Source of the DNA: Vicugna vicugna
Lineage: Eukaryota
Assembly (NCBI GenBank): GCA_013265495.1
Contig: MU058781.1
Span: forward strand, 6,724,522-6,788,521
Reading direction: 5' to 3'
Length of the DNA stretch: 64,000 bases
Positions 1 through 11,755 of this stretch are shown here, piece after piece; within the stretch, counting starts at the first letter, position 1, and each line of letters starts with the position of its first letter. The position numbers were made by a program, and so were the translations under genes. The notes under the pieces are model-generated. The model ran no database searches, was not told the origin of the DNA, and worked only from the letters and a program-made list of their open reading frames with translations.

Positions 1-519
1 ATGTTCGTCAAGAAGTTTACTTTTCTTTTTAAGGGAAATAGAAAACACTTCAATAAACATTGCATAATACGCTACTGATGAAAGGATTAAAAGGTATGCA
101 CTTGGCCCATACTGATATAAATGCTTCTCTGCTCCGGAGTCCAAGTTTACAAAATGTAACACCAAAGAGAAAAAGCCCAAATACATAGTATGAAACAATT
201 TACACAAGCATACATTTGTGTAAATTTCCCTTTCCATCTTCACATGCTACATACACATGCAATACAAAAAATGTTCAGTCTCACTTTTAAATGTCAACCA
301 GAATATCATTTCCTTGCCCTAATACAACACTAGAAAAAAACAACATTTAAAAACAAAGGAAACTCAGTTCAGTCAGAACAAGTGCATGTGTCCTCCATGC
401 CATCACCAGCAGCAGCATCACACGAGTGCCTGGTTTCTCTTCTGAGTTTCCACTGACTCTTCCCCCTCTTTCCATTTCCCAGAGCAGGCTGGGTCCCAAG
501 GTGCTGGCCTCTATTCTCT

Positions 520-1230
520 CATGATTTCTTTTCCACTTCATTCCTTCTTCCTTGACAACATAACAGATCCTTCTTTCTTTATCTCCTATCTCCTTTCCAC
601 AAGAATTTGCCTGACCTTTCCAAGGCCGACTGCAAACCTCGTACGACCTGCTCGGCATCTACGTCAGGTGCTTTGCCACCGTCTCCAATGCTACCCACTC
701 TAAAGCTGAACCCATTAACTGCTCCCTGTACCAAACCAGTTCCTTCTTTTGTTCCTGCTGAATTTTCAGCCACTCAGTCGCAAAGTCCAGGTTCATCTCT
801 CACTCTTCTTGCTGTACTGTCTTCTCCCACATGCTATCAGCATCCGAGTCCTGGATACTTTATTTCGGCAATGTTTTGATAATTCTTCCTTTCCTCTTCT
901 CCAGTCTCATGGTAACGCTCCAAGGCAGACCCTCATTACCTGTTTTCTGGCACATTTTATTGAATACCATCCCCAGGCCACCCACTGACCAAACCCAACT
1001 CGTTTTATGCTGTTTTCAGATTAACCTTCCAAAAGGGAGCAGAGCCTAAGGCGACTGTTTAACAGGCAATAGACACTGAATGTATCAAGGTCCAACCCTG
1101 GCATCAAAGCCTTCTACAGCCGGACTTGGTTTCAACCTCTTTCTAGACATGCCACCCAGGAACCCTCTTCATGACTGAGTAGTCCAACTCTATGCTTTGT
1201 CATTCTCTGAATACAGCTGACACTCATTTC
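520..1230 (+). mobile_element. Degraded LINE-2 (L2) fragment
   Basis: Pyrimidine-rich tract with L2-like phrases (cagccactcagtcgcaaagtccaggttcatct..., catccgagtcctggatactttattt..., cagaccctcattacctgttttctgg, aaggtccaaccctggcatcaaagccttc). It accounts for the short ORFs at 521-1049. Boundaries approximate. Confidence 0.6.
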
Positions 1231-1283
1231 TCCATCTCTTAGAATGTCTACAACCCAATGACCAAATCTATGTGGGATGTTAA

Positions 1284-1415
1284 TAAAAAGGTCTTGTGCA
1301 TTTTTCACTAAGCATATCCCTAAATATTTAATGTTTTTGAAGGTACTGTACATTATTGGGCTGTTGTTAATTTTTATTTTCTAACTGTTCACACTAGTAC
1401 AGAGAAGTGCAATTT
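1284..1415 (-). mobile_element. Old L1 ORF2-region fragment (antisense)
   Basis: tcttgtgcatttttcactaagcatatccctaaatatttaatgttttt...ttttctaactgttcacactagtacagagaagtgcaatt resembles the antisense of a mammalian L1 ORF2 segment. Confidence 0.6.
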
Positions 1416-1487
1416 GTATTGAGGACTGAACCCTGAACCTCATGCACACGAAGCATGTGCCCTACCACTTGAGCGATACTCTCCCCC
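1416..1487 (-). mobile_element. tRNA-derived SINE (camelid Vic-1-like), lacking its A-tail
   Basis: The reverse complement reads ggggagagtatcgctcaagtggtagggcacatgcttcgtgtgcatgaggttcagggttcagtcctcaatac, a tRNA-Ala-like body with A and B boxes. It is similar to the copy at 27084-27178. Confidence 0.8.
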
Positions 1488-1633
1488 TACAGTCCTATGA
1501 GTTTTGATAAATGCATAATGTCATATATTCTCCCTTACAGTATTATACAGAATAGTGTCACTGTCCTAAAAATCCTGTGCTTCACCCATTTATTCATCTC
1601 TCCTCTTCTCCCACTCCTCCTGGCAACTACTGG
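1488..1633 (-). mobile_element. L1MC-like 3' UTR fragment (antisense)
   Basis: gagttttgataaatgcataatgtcat...tatacagaatagtgtcactgtcctaaaaatcc...cctggcaactactg matches the recalled L1MC1-type 3' end. Confidence 0.65.
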
Positions 1634-4414
1634 CTCCCCCCACCCCTCATCTAGCAGAAGGGACCCAAGTTTGCACTGAATCTCAATTAGGATTTAAAGT
1701 AGATCTGGCATACTGTAAGTGCTAAAATAAAGATAGCTATTATTAATAGCAGCAATGAAAGCAGCATTCTAAGTGTATGGTTCTAAGGATAGATATAAAG
1801 AATGTGAGACTTTTTCCTGCGTAACAGTTGGAATAGTGATAACTCAACCAAATATTCAAAATGACAGCCCCTCCCATCTCCTAATCAGCACTCCTACTTT
1901 AGAATATCTGTTAGTGAAATGCACAAAATCCTTACACATCACAGAAACAGTAAATATTGCAGGTGGGTGATTATTATTTACCATCGTCATGAAATTAGAT
2001 GTAATTTCAGTAACTGCCCAAACACAGACTACATGAAAAAATATTCCTTAGGAAAACACAAATTACTGACAAGAGAACCCAAGTTGGTGGTGAGATCTGT
2101 ATGGTCCAGCGGGCATTTCCTCTTTGGGGTCAGGCCAGAGAGGAGCACCGAGACCACGACCCAGCCAAGCACTTGGGTCTTCTTGAAAACAGAAGAAGAG
2201 TGCCACTCTCACAGCAGAGTGGTCCCTGGCTCAGACTCTAGCAAAGTGGCTCTGTCCATCAGTAGAGGGAACACACATAATTTAGCTAGACTTGAAACTT
2301 CTTTCTGCTAAACTTCGGGAGGGTCCTTCTGGGGACCTGCATTCTAGCATCACTTTGATCTAATTTTAATGATTGAGACTTCTTGGACCACACAAAGAAC
2401 TTGCAATCACACAGCAATCCACGTGAGGACTGATTTCTTTCTGTTTCACCCTTATACCCACCCAAGGCTAGGTTGCAATCCACTTTGCCAACCCAAAGCA
2501 TAAGAAGTTTATCAAGGACTCCACCTCTGAAAGACCCTGAACTCCAACACTTTTGTCTCCCTAGGGTCCCCAGACCTGACAAGGCTGCCAGAAACACTGC
2601 TCTGCCATTAAGCTGCATTTGTCTGAATGGCAAACACCCAGACACCTCGCCTCTCTACATTTTCACCTCCTCTTAGCTTTTGGTCTAGTAATTCCTAAGT
2701 TGGTATTTCTCCAGTGTCTTTGAGCATAGGTTTTTAATATTTTGTCCAATCCTAGCTATCCTTCATTCTGCAGAAGTCAGAACAGGACTCTTCATCCTAT
2801 GATTTCCACAAATATTTTCCTCTTGTGGCCTTTAACACAACTGATTTTATATTACACTGTGCATATGTTCCTACGCCCACCCATTAGAATGCTAGGATCG
2901 GGTCTGATTCATGCAACACTTATCCCCCTCCCAGAATATTTGTTAAATTGAACCAACCTGTCTTCTCTGATGCTTTTGCTAATTATTCATGTCAAAATTC
3001 CATCCTTTTAAATCAATAAAATTTCATGCTTATATAATCATCATTAAAAATATCTTTTCCTTTCCCATTTGCTTTCAATATTTACCATATCTGCAAGAAA
3101 AGACCTTATCTTCTTAGTGGTTTTTAAAATTTGACTCTACTATGTCATTTATTTAATTTCAAGATGATCTTTACACCTTCCAGATGTGCCTTATGGCACA
3201 TTTACTTTATTTTGAAAATTTTTGACACTTCTTAGGAACTATCAAGAGGACACCTAGTAAAACCACTAATGTATATACTGGATAGAAAGAAACCAGAACA
3301 TTTTCTGTGTATAAAGCAATTAATAACTTTTTAAAATGTATTTTTGTGCCTCTTTTTCATTCCAGCACTTCTCCTTCACTAAGTAACCACACGTGGAATA
3401 GCTCAGGACTTCACTGCCTTTTTCTGTAGGGAAGAATTAAATACATCACAAGACTGTTTAGAAACCTCTAGGGACCAACAGCAAGGGAAGGAAGAGCTAC
3501 TTAAGGGGAGCTCACATCTTTCTGGATAGCAAAGACAGTTCTGTTTGCAAATTCGTGGGATATATCCCCATCGATAACTGCTCGGGGAGAACCTTCTAGT
3601 CCCCTAGATGTGGCCAGGAAGCCAGCACTTTTACTTCTCAGCATCATGTATTTCCTCTTTTTAAAAACGAGTTCATGTTATTTGTTCAGTGTATGCCCTC
3701 CTTACTGGAGTTGCAACTCTTAGTGCCACGGACAATTCCTATATTGCCTTCAGTAAACATAAAGGATAACATGCAAAATTTTAGCGGGTTTCAATATTCC
3801 AAAAGCTTACGTAGATTCTCCATCATAACCCCAGAGGTAAGTAAGCCTAATCTATTCTGGATTCCCTCCCCTTACCCCACGTCTTATATTCTGACCACAT
3901 AATGTGTGTAGGTGTAGTCTGCCTTGATCCCATCTCAAAACCCAAAGCCATAACCAGCACCACTGGTCAGGCATTAGTGGTATTTCTCCTGCCTTTTGGC
4001 ACTAAGTGTCCTTTATACCCAGTAACATACTCACTGGTAATAAAACCAGCCTTCAGTTATTCAGGAGTTGGTCATTCAGATCTCCTGCTTCTCTTATTCT
4101 TTTTTTTTTTTCCCTATCTACCCTCTAACTTTTGGGCTTCTCATTGGCACACAGGCCATCGAAGGCTGGCCAGAGCAAGGGGCATAGCTCTAATTAGTGG
4201 ACTTTGTGATTGGCTAGAAACTCCAATAACACATAAAGCTGCTAGATGTCTAGAACTCTAAAAGTTTGGAGAATTCTTCTGGTGAGATCAAGCATTCTTC
4301 ATGGGACCCAGGAAAAGATGGTTGGTCCAGTCAAAAACCACAGTTACCACCTGACTACCATTTTTGTTTTTCTGTTTTTTAGGTGGTGATATTACATAGT
4401 CCTCCACTTATCCA

Positions 4415-4585
4415 ATCAGTGAGTTGGGACACGTTACTTCCTCTCTGAGACTCAATTTGTCATCAATAAAATAGAAACAGTAACTAGACAGATTTGTTCT
4501 GAGGACCCAAGCATTAATTTCAACAATCAAATAATGCATGAAAGTGCTTTGTAAATGTAGAGGAGCATTCAACTTTTGTATCATT
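4415..4585 (+). mobile_element. MIR SINE fragment
   Basis: gttacttcctctctgagactcaatttgtcatcaataaaat...gaggac...ataatgcatgaaagtgctttgtaa is MIR core-like. Confidence 0.65.
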
Positions 4586-4747
4586 ACCAACATTAACTCC
4601 TTGCTCATAGTTTAAGTTTTACACTGGAATGCTAATTTTTCTTCTTAAAAGCACAGGTGTTTCACATGGGTTATTATGATGGATAAAATTCTGGATTTTG
4701 TGTCACACTTGGCCAGCATGCATGCCAAATTCCGTATCAGTGCTTAC

Positions 4748-4760
4748 CTTGGGAGGTTTT
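4748..4760 (-). other. Candidate 13-nt microexon (or 3' end of a longer non-coding exon) of the minus-strand host gene
   Basis: The minus strand reads ...cattaAG|AAAACCTCCCAAG|GTAAGCA: a near-consensus donor, a 102-nt AG-free upstream zone containing a pyrimidine tract and UGC repeats, and UGCAUG about 25 nt downstream. Confidence 0.45.
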
Positions 4761-6949
4761 CTTAATGATGGAAACAATAATTTTCAGCAGCAGCAGTAGA
4801 GAGCGTTGTCAACACAGCAGCCACACATCGGAAGGAAGCAATGAAAGAGAAAAAACAAGGGTTACTCAGCACCTTGATAACATGATCTGAAAGATATTCC
4901 ACTTCCCAAAGATCAGAAGCCAAATTCACTTCACTGCCTTAAGTGATTAACTCTTTCATTTGCTCAAAAATATAGTAAAGGGCATGAGTTTCTTTCCTGG
5001 TTTAAGAGAATGTATCCAGCCACTCAGAGGTATTTTTAATGATTCTAAAAAATGTCAACAAAAGAGTATAAGAATAAAGAGAGATGCTGCAATCAGACTG
5101 TATGTGATCAAATTCTCTAAAATCAATTTTCATAATTAAATTTTTCTTAAATTAGTATTAACATACATGTATTTTCCTTCAATTAATACTCTTAATTTAT
5201 ACGGGATTTTTTTTCCCATTTAAAAACCATGGTTCAGATGATAATTTTCACATTTTTCAACCTTGAGGAGAAATTTAAAAGCAAGTCATATCCTTCTTCA
5301 TCACCAATCACACTGCATTTTTCCCCCATTCATTTTTGCATTCAAAAATGACTGAAATTGCACCCCCCCCCCAAAAAACCCTGAAAAGGAAATAGTTTTC
5401 AAAGTAACAAACCATTAGGCTATTTTTCTTTGTAAATGTTTTCGTTGTGTACAAAATTAAGGAGCTGAACTCTGATTTTTATGGTATGTGATCTTATCAT
5501 GGGACCTTGGCCTCCTTGATGTGTTTATTCTTAATCACCCTCCAGATCATCAATTCAGAAACCATAAAATGACTGTTAAATAGAAATGGGTAATTTTTCC
5601 CGTGGCTTTACTCCTTCTTCATGGGGAACAGAATCATGAGAATAAGAAAATGGACGTTCCAGGGCAGAATGCACAGAAATCAAGAGGCACAGGCAAAAAC
5701 AGCCTACTGCCCTTTCTCCACCGCTGCGTCCAGCATGCCTCACAGAACTCTGAGGGCCCCAAATAAAAACCCAGTGCTCAGTAGAAAGGAAAGAAACTCC
5801 ATGGATTCCACAACTGGGCAGAGTGAACTCTAACTCTTAAATCTAAGTAAAGAAAATCATGACATTTCTTATAATGATGAAGATTAAAAAATTATCTTCT
5901 TGAAATTCCATGAATTAGCTAAAAAGCAAATGAGTCCTTATGTCATGACTCCAGACAGGCACAACAGGAATCTGATGTTTGCCTTCAGGTTTTAGAGGGA
6001 AACTCTACCTTGAAAAACTAGTATCTCTGGCTGCTATTAAGCAAGTCTCAACATTGTGTGTGTCTATCCTTTAAAACAAGAGAAGCATTTATAGATGTCA
6101 TCATAAAAATGCATGAGTGTTTTTAATTCTAAGAAAACCTTGGATCTTTGCTCTGCTCATAAAGCTTGAGGTTTCTACCAAGGAAACTTCCTGCAGTGGG
6201 ACAACTGCTCTAAAAGGCGTATGTTCTGAGCCGCAGAACAATAATGAACAGCGCTTCTGACAAAGCCTTCTCTTATTTGCTTGCTTTATTTTTTAAAAGC
6301 CATTTAAATCACTGCTTTACATAGCAGGGTAAAGAAAAGCCACCTGACTTGGCTTACAATTAGACAACCATGTGAAACAGCATGGGCCAAATTAATAAAA
6401 TATATGTTTCACATTTAGGCTACAATGAACAGACTAAGCTAATGGAATGGGGGTGGAACGTGCAAACAGGAATCCGAGGGGTCTCTCCAGGGCTCTCCTG
6501 TGCTTCACAACTGTACAATCATCACCCCCAGCAGCAAAGAACAAGTGCTGGTTTGTAGCCAGTAGGATACTGACCTCTTTAGCTGTCCTTTCCTAATAGA
6601 GCTATCCTTTCCTTCTTGACATTTCAATACAGTTTTCTTTATTCTTATCAGGAAACCAAACCTATTTCAGCATTTTAAGTACTTTACAGGTGTACCCCTT
6701 TCACTTAGAAACATAGTACATACTATGGGAATGCCAGTGTAATTCTGCTACCTTCTTCTGTGTTTCTGAGGATGGTTTAAGAATAAGTAAGAGACCGGGA
6801 TGCATGGTAAAAAGGCAAACCACTAAGTGAAGCTGACGCTCCCCAAATTTCCTCATCATTGAGTTTAGAACAAGGATCCTGATGACAGAAGGAAAAGTAT
6901 GCCATTTCATATATCACTACTGTACTTCATTAACTGGTCATTTTTTCTT

Positions 6950-7060
6950 GAGGTTTGAATTAGGTGATAAGCAACTAACTCCTCCTGTTTCAGAACCACA
7001 GTTTACCTTCCCAATTCCCAGAGATTATTTATCATTCTTTGGTAGCTGTGAGGAGAAAAT
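6950..7060 (+). mobile_element. MIR fragment
   Basis: aagcaactaactcctcctgtttcagaaccacagtttacct...gtagctgtgagga is MIR core-like but degraded. Confidence 0.45.
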
Positions 7061-7619
7061 TTTCCAATCTGAGTAATACTGATACTATGACCAAATACAG
7101 CATGTTATCCTTCGGCTGGGGGGGGGGTCTAATGTGATAATATGATATCATGTTTTTTAATGTGATAAAAAAAAAACTAATGCAAGGTACGGATAAAAGT
7201 TTCCATACACGTATCTATGAAAAAGAATGAATAATACAAAAATCTATCAGAAACATAATGTTAAATATATATATATTTAAATTACAGCCTTTGTTGATTA
7301 TATCAACGAAGTCTGTCAACAAAGAGTTCCGTCTAACTCTCAGGTCCATCCAGCCTACTGCTGATACCCGTGCGGCTCACTGACACAAAGAGGCAATATT
7401 CCTGGCTAAGCAAACACCTAATGAACTACGAAGAACATTCCTTCACATCTAACTGACCCACAGGCATAGGCTTGGGGAGAAATAAGGACGGGCAGTTCTA
7501 TACTGACGGTAGCTCTACTTTGCAAAATATCAAAGGTTCCTTCCTGTCCCAGGACAAGCAAGTCGATGTATCTCTTCAAGGCCACCCACATGGTGTGCAT
7601 TCCCCACATAACTTGTGTG

Positions 7620-7960
7620 ATTTCCACACCTTTCTCCTACTCTGCCTCCCCCCCGCTGCCCAGTCAAATTTTCCCACTACCCAACACCCAGCTCAAGGCT
7701 CCACTCTCTCAGTTCCTCATCAATTGTCTGAGACCAACTTGGCCTTCACCTCCTCTGTACCCCAGGACTCCTGTGGTCAACAAAACACCTAACACTCACT
7801 GGCACACACACAGTCCTCCAGCTTTTGATAACTCTGTATTTTAATCTCATGTACCCCTAAACCCTTGGAAAAGGGGCCATGCCACATAGTACTTTCATGA
7901 TCCCGGTCCCACATATTTATACAGAACTGAAGTCATGCTAAGAACTCATGAGTTAAATAT
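7620..7960 (+). mobile_element. L2 3'-region fragment
   Basis: Pyrimidine-rich stretch with ccttcacctcctctgtaccc, ending ...gtcatgctaagaactcatgagttaaat like an L2 tail. Confidence 0.45.
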
Positions 7961-9084
7961 AATCTAAACACAGATGTGAGGATTTTCTTCCATCACCACC
8001 ACAATCCCATAATCCCAACACTGGGGGAAAAGACTGCATTTAATAGCAGTGAAGACTTCAACAACTGTCAGAAAATGTAGACTATTTCCAATGTCTTAGT
8101 TAAAAATAATGGCTTCTCTACGTCAGCATCTCATACAGAGAAGTTCAATGGGATGTTAACAAGGGTCAAGCTCTCAAAAGCTTCGGAGGTCAACTAAGTT
8201 CGACAACGCAGTTTCAGTTTGATGAGACGAGAAGAGACACACACAACGTGGGAATGGGACTTAAAGATACGCTGGACCTATATCAGGCCACATCTTGAAG
8301 TACAGTCAGATTCACTTGAGGACCAGAGAATCGAGGGACTGTTCTGCCACTGAGCTCAGTAGTCTGTCCACAGAAAGAGACAGCGGGACATAGGATGACA
8401 CGGGGTTTAGGATTTTGTTGGATAGATGGGTAAGAAGGTTCATCTTCAACCATGATTTATTAACCATAGTTTGAAGGTAAGTTTATACACTTGTGTACTG
8501 ACAAAGTAACATATTCATATATTTAAAACATATAACAAGCACTTCTATGAGTTATAAAAAGCAGATGGGGTTACATATACATTTTGAAGAGCCTTTGAAA
8601 TCAGCCACAAGAATGTAAATGCCAAAAACATTAAATTCCATGACAAAGGCTGGTTTGAAAACCTTAAAAAAAGTTTTAGAATCAGCAGATTACAGAGCTT
8701 ATAGGAAGCTACAGCAAAATCTTCTGAACACTGATGATGCGGATTCATATAAAGGAAATTTACAGATCAGAGCAGATGTTTAACACCAATGTATCTGGTT
8801 TACTTGGAAGAATATGTCTTCCAAAATCTACTGGGTTTAACTTAAGATATGTTTAATGTCATTTTTCAATTGTTTTCGCCCAACCCTCTATTTCCTAGAA
8901 GACTTTGATCTTGCAACCTATGAATTTTCCTAACTGTGGTGCTTTCCAAGAACTCAAATCCCTGTGGTCGGACAGAGGCTGCTATGATTCAAGGGGAAGA
9001 CCCAAAAGGACACAGGTTGGGTTGAGAAGGAAGTAAAGTCAGAAAGGGGATGACAGACGAGGGGAAGGCAGGCAGACAGTGTGT

Positions 9085-9215
9085 GGATTGAACTAAATCC
9101 AAGCTAGTACCCTCAGAGAATTGGAGAAGTTGTTGGTGTGGGAAAACCCCTGCACATTTGGTGGCCAAAAGTATTGAAAGTACAGCAGAGAAACAGATTT
9201 TTTTTCCTTTATAAG
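9085..9215 (+). mobile_element. MER21-like LTR 3' fragment
   Basis: attgaactaaatccaagctagt...gagaattggagaagttgttggtgtgggaaaacccctgcacatttggtggccaaaagt...agagaaacagatttttttt resembles the MER21C 3' end, and is the reverse complement of the start of the 29580 element. Confidence 0.65.
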
Positions 9216-10881
9216 TTACTATCTGGACGAAATCTGGAAATATCTAGCCCCTCGCTCCTCACAGTGCAGTCTGAGGGTTGGTGGCTGGCAATCCACGTGA
9301 CAAATGGTGGCAGGCCAGTTTGTTACTGGTTTTAGAAGAGATAAGGACTTCCTCCACGGTACTGGCCAGTCTAGCCTTCCTTTAGAGGTAAAATGCCACC
9401 CTCCTCCTATATTTATAAAACTATCTATCCTTGATAGACTGGAATTTAAAAGGAAAAAGAAATGATCCTTCTGAAAGATTTTTTTTTTTTAAACACTGCT
9501 GCCCAGAAGCCAAGTAGATGTTTTGGAGGAAATTTTCATTTCTATGTAATCAACTTCTTAATTTAAAAAGATTGCTACAATAAAATGCAAAACTTGAGGC
9601 GAATACACGAACATAATCCACAGTAACTATTAATCCAACACAGTCATGTTCCTTCGGTCTATATACATTTCCAGAATTAAAATGGGTCCACAAAGCAATT
9701 GGAAAGTTTCACAAGTTATGCGGCATCATTTTATGTAATTACTAGCCACTGATAAAAGCTTCCCTGCCTTTTTTTCCCCCCTATATTGTCAAGGAAAATA
9801 CCTGATCTGTTCCTCCTGAATAAGAAAACACAGCCAACTACAGCTGTGGGCTGCAGGCCTCCGAGAAGCCCGGGGCTGTCTCCGTGGAGGGTTTTCGCAG
9901 CCACTTCACGGAGCTCCAGACCCTCATTGCTATGGCTGCAATTCCCAATTGGGCGAGCCTGGCAAGAACTCACACTAGATTAACCAAAACAAAACTGAGC
10001 AGAGAAAACATGGCTCTTGTGCAATTTTCTTGCTGTATCTTCAAAAGTATCATGCAGCGAAGCTTTCAAAAAAAAAAAATGCAGCACTAAGCACCAATTC
10101 TCGGTTTAAAATCAAGAATTCAGCACCTCTGTGAGGCCATTCTCAGGCTAATTCTCAGTCTACCTGCTACTGCTAGACTGGACCCCAATTAATATATTAT
10201 TTGGAAAGAACATACATTTAACTACCTGGTTTTACTCCTATTTCCAAGCTTAATTTTCTACTTACGAGACAGTTCCTACCTGGATAGCATATACGTATGA
10301 CAGCATGCCTGTCACTGCATAAACAACATTTACATTTTCTACATTAGGGAGTCAGAACCAGACATCATGCTGTATGCAAAGCTTCACGAAAGCAGGGGTA
10401 TTAGCTGCATAGCAGAGACAGATAACAGCCTTTTATCAGAGCCGATCCAGCATGGTGGCTAAGAGCAGAGATGCAGAAACCAGATGGCTGGGGTTCCATT
10501 CCTGACTCTGCCACGTTCAGTGATGGAATTCTCCCCTTTTCCACCATTTATTTTACCTATAATCTCTTTCTTTCCATCTGCCATAGAAACAGCCGCTGTT
10601 GCTGATGCCAGATGCTTGTGGACTTTGAGAGCCTGCAGGACCCACCACCTTGAGGGCTGTGGGATCAAGGCATCCCTGACTCAGCAACCCACATGCGCTG
10701 TAAGACATCTGTGCAGAACCGGTAAGTTTCAGAGTCACACTGAGTCAAATCACAAAGGCAGGCAAATTACAATTTAACCTTCATTGTGGACAGCAAACTG
10801 GGAACAGTTTGATTCCAAAGCCCACATGTATCTAAAAGCATTCAAGACAGGATCCATGGATCGATTTTAAATTATATCCAA

Positions 10882-11020
10882 CCACAGCACTAAAAAGAAA
10901 TGAACTATCAAGCCACAGAAAGACATGGAGGAACTTTAAGTGCATATTACTAAGGGAAAGAAGCCAATCTGAAAAGGCTGCATATTGTATCGTTTCAACT
11001 ACATGACATTCTGGAAAAAC
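10882..11020 (+). mobile_element. L1MC-like 3' fragment
   Basis: cagcactaaaaagaaatgaactatcaagccacagaaagacatggaggaactttaagtgcatattactaagggaaagaagccaatctgaaaaggctgcatattgtat. Confidence 0.8.
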
Positions 11021-11419
11021 ACATGCATAAGAAACAACCTCAGAACTACATACTGAAAGAACACAGATGTCCCACAAGGTCCTTTATGACAGTCATCCTG
11101 GAAAGGCAGCCTATTTTTATACAAATAATGGCGAGCATTTATTTTACTACTGCAGAAAAGTGACTGTTTTATTTTGGTTAACCACTAATTCGAAAGTCCT
11201 CTTAATAGGGATGTGTTTACAGGTTTATTTACTGGATTACTCGACAGCTCTTAGAGAAGCAGGTATTGAGGAGGGAGGCTAACTTCCAAATCTGGGTGTC
11301 ACTGGGCATGTGTGTCAGACGAACTGGCTGGGTGGCAGGTTTCCAGGGTCTGCCTCCCTGAAGGTGAGTGGCATCTCTCAGAGACGAAGGCATTCCATCC
11401 CAGGGCACGGGCTCCCTCT

Positions 11420-11755
11420 GTCCAGGCTGCCCTCCGCACGGCTGGCTCCCCTCGGCTGGCTCCCCTCGGGGGAAGCCTTCAACTCTCCATATTAGCCCCA
11501 CTGCCTCCTGCACCACCTCATCCGCTCGGCCCCGTCACTACTCTGCTCACTTTCCTCCTGGCACCTTTCACCATTTTAAACCATCTCGTGTATTTACTTG
11601 CTTACTTATCTGCACACCTTCTCCCCTGGATCTAACAGTTTTAAGACCCACGGAAATAGGGGCTTTCTTCTATCTGGTTCCCTGTTATGGTCCCAGTGCC
11701 TAGAACGCTGTCAGGCACAAAACAAATTAATAACTATCTGTTAAGTGAATGAGCG
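11420..11755 (+). mobile_element. L2 3' end
   Basis: ...tctatctggttccctgttatggtcccagtgcctagaacgctgtcaggcac...taactatctgttaagtgaatga is the canonical L2 terminus. Confidence 0.75.

Noticed and set aside
76..115. TGATGA...CTGA resembling C/D box snoRNA motifs
   Set aside because: The boxes are only about 40 nt apart, which is too short, and there is no convincing terminal stem or guide.
347..1049. Overlapping protein-like ORFs (for example MAENSAGTKEG... and MPDLSKADCK...)
   Set aside because: They lie in a degraded L2 element, and have no splice context or recognisable homology.
9802..9974. Possible 173-nt minus-strand exon (ctAG|...CAG|GTATTT)
   Set aside because: Mediocre donor, unrecognised peptide and no supporting regulatory context.
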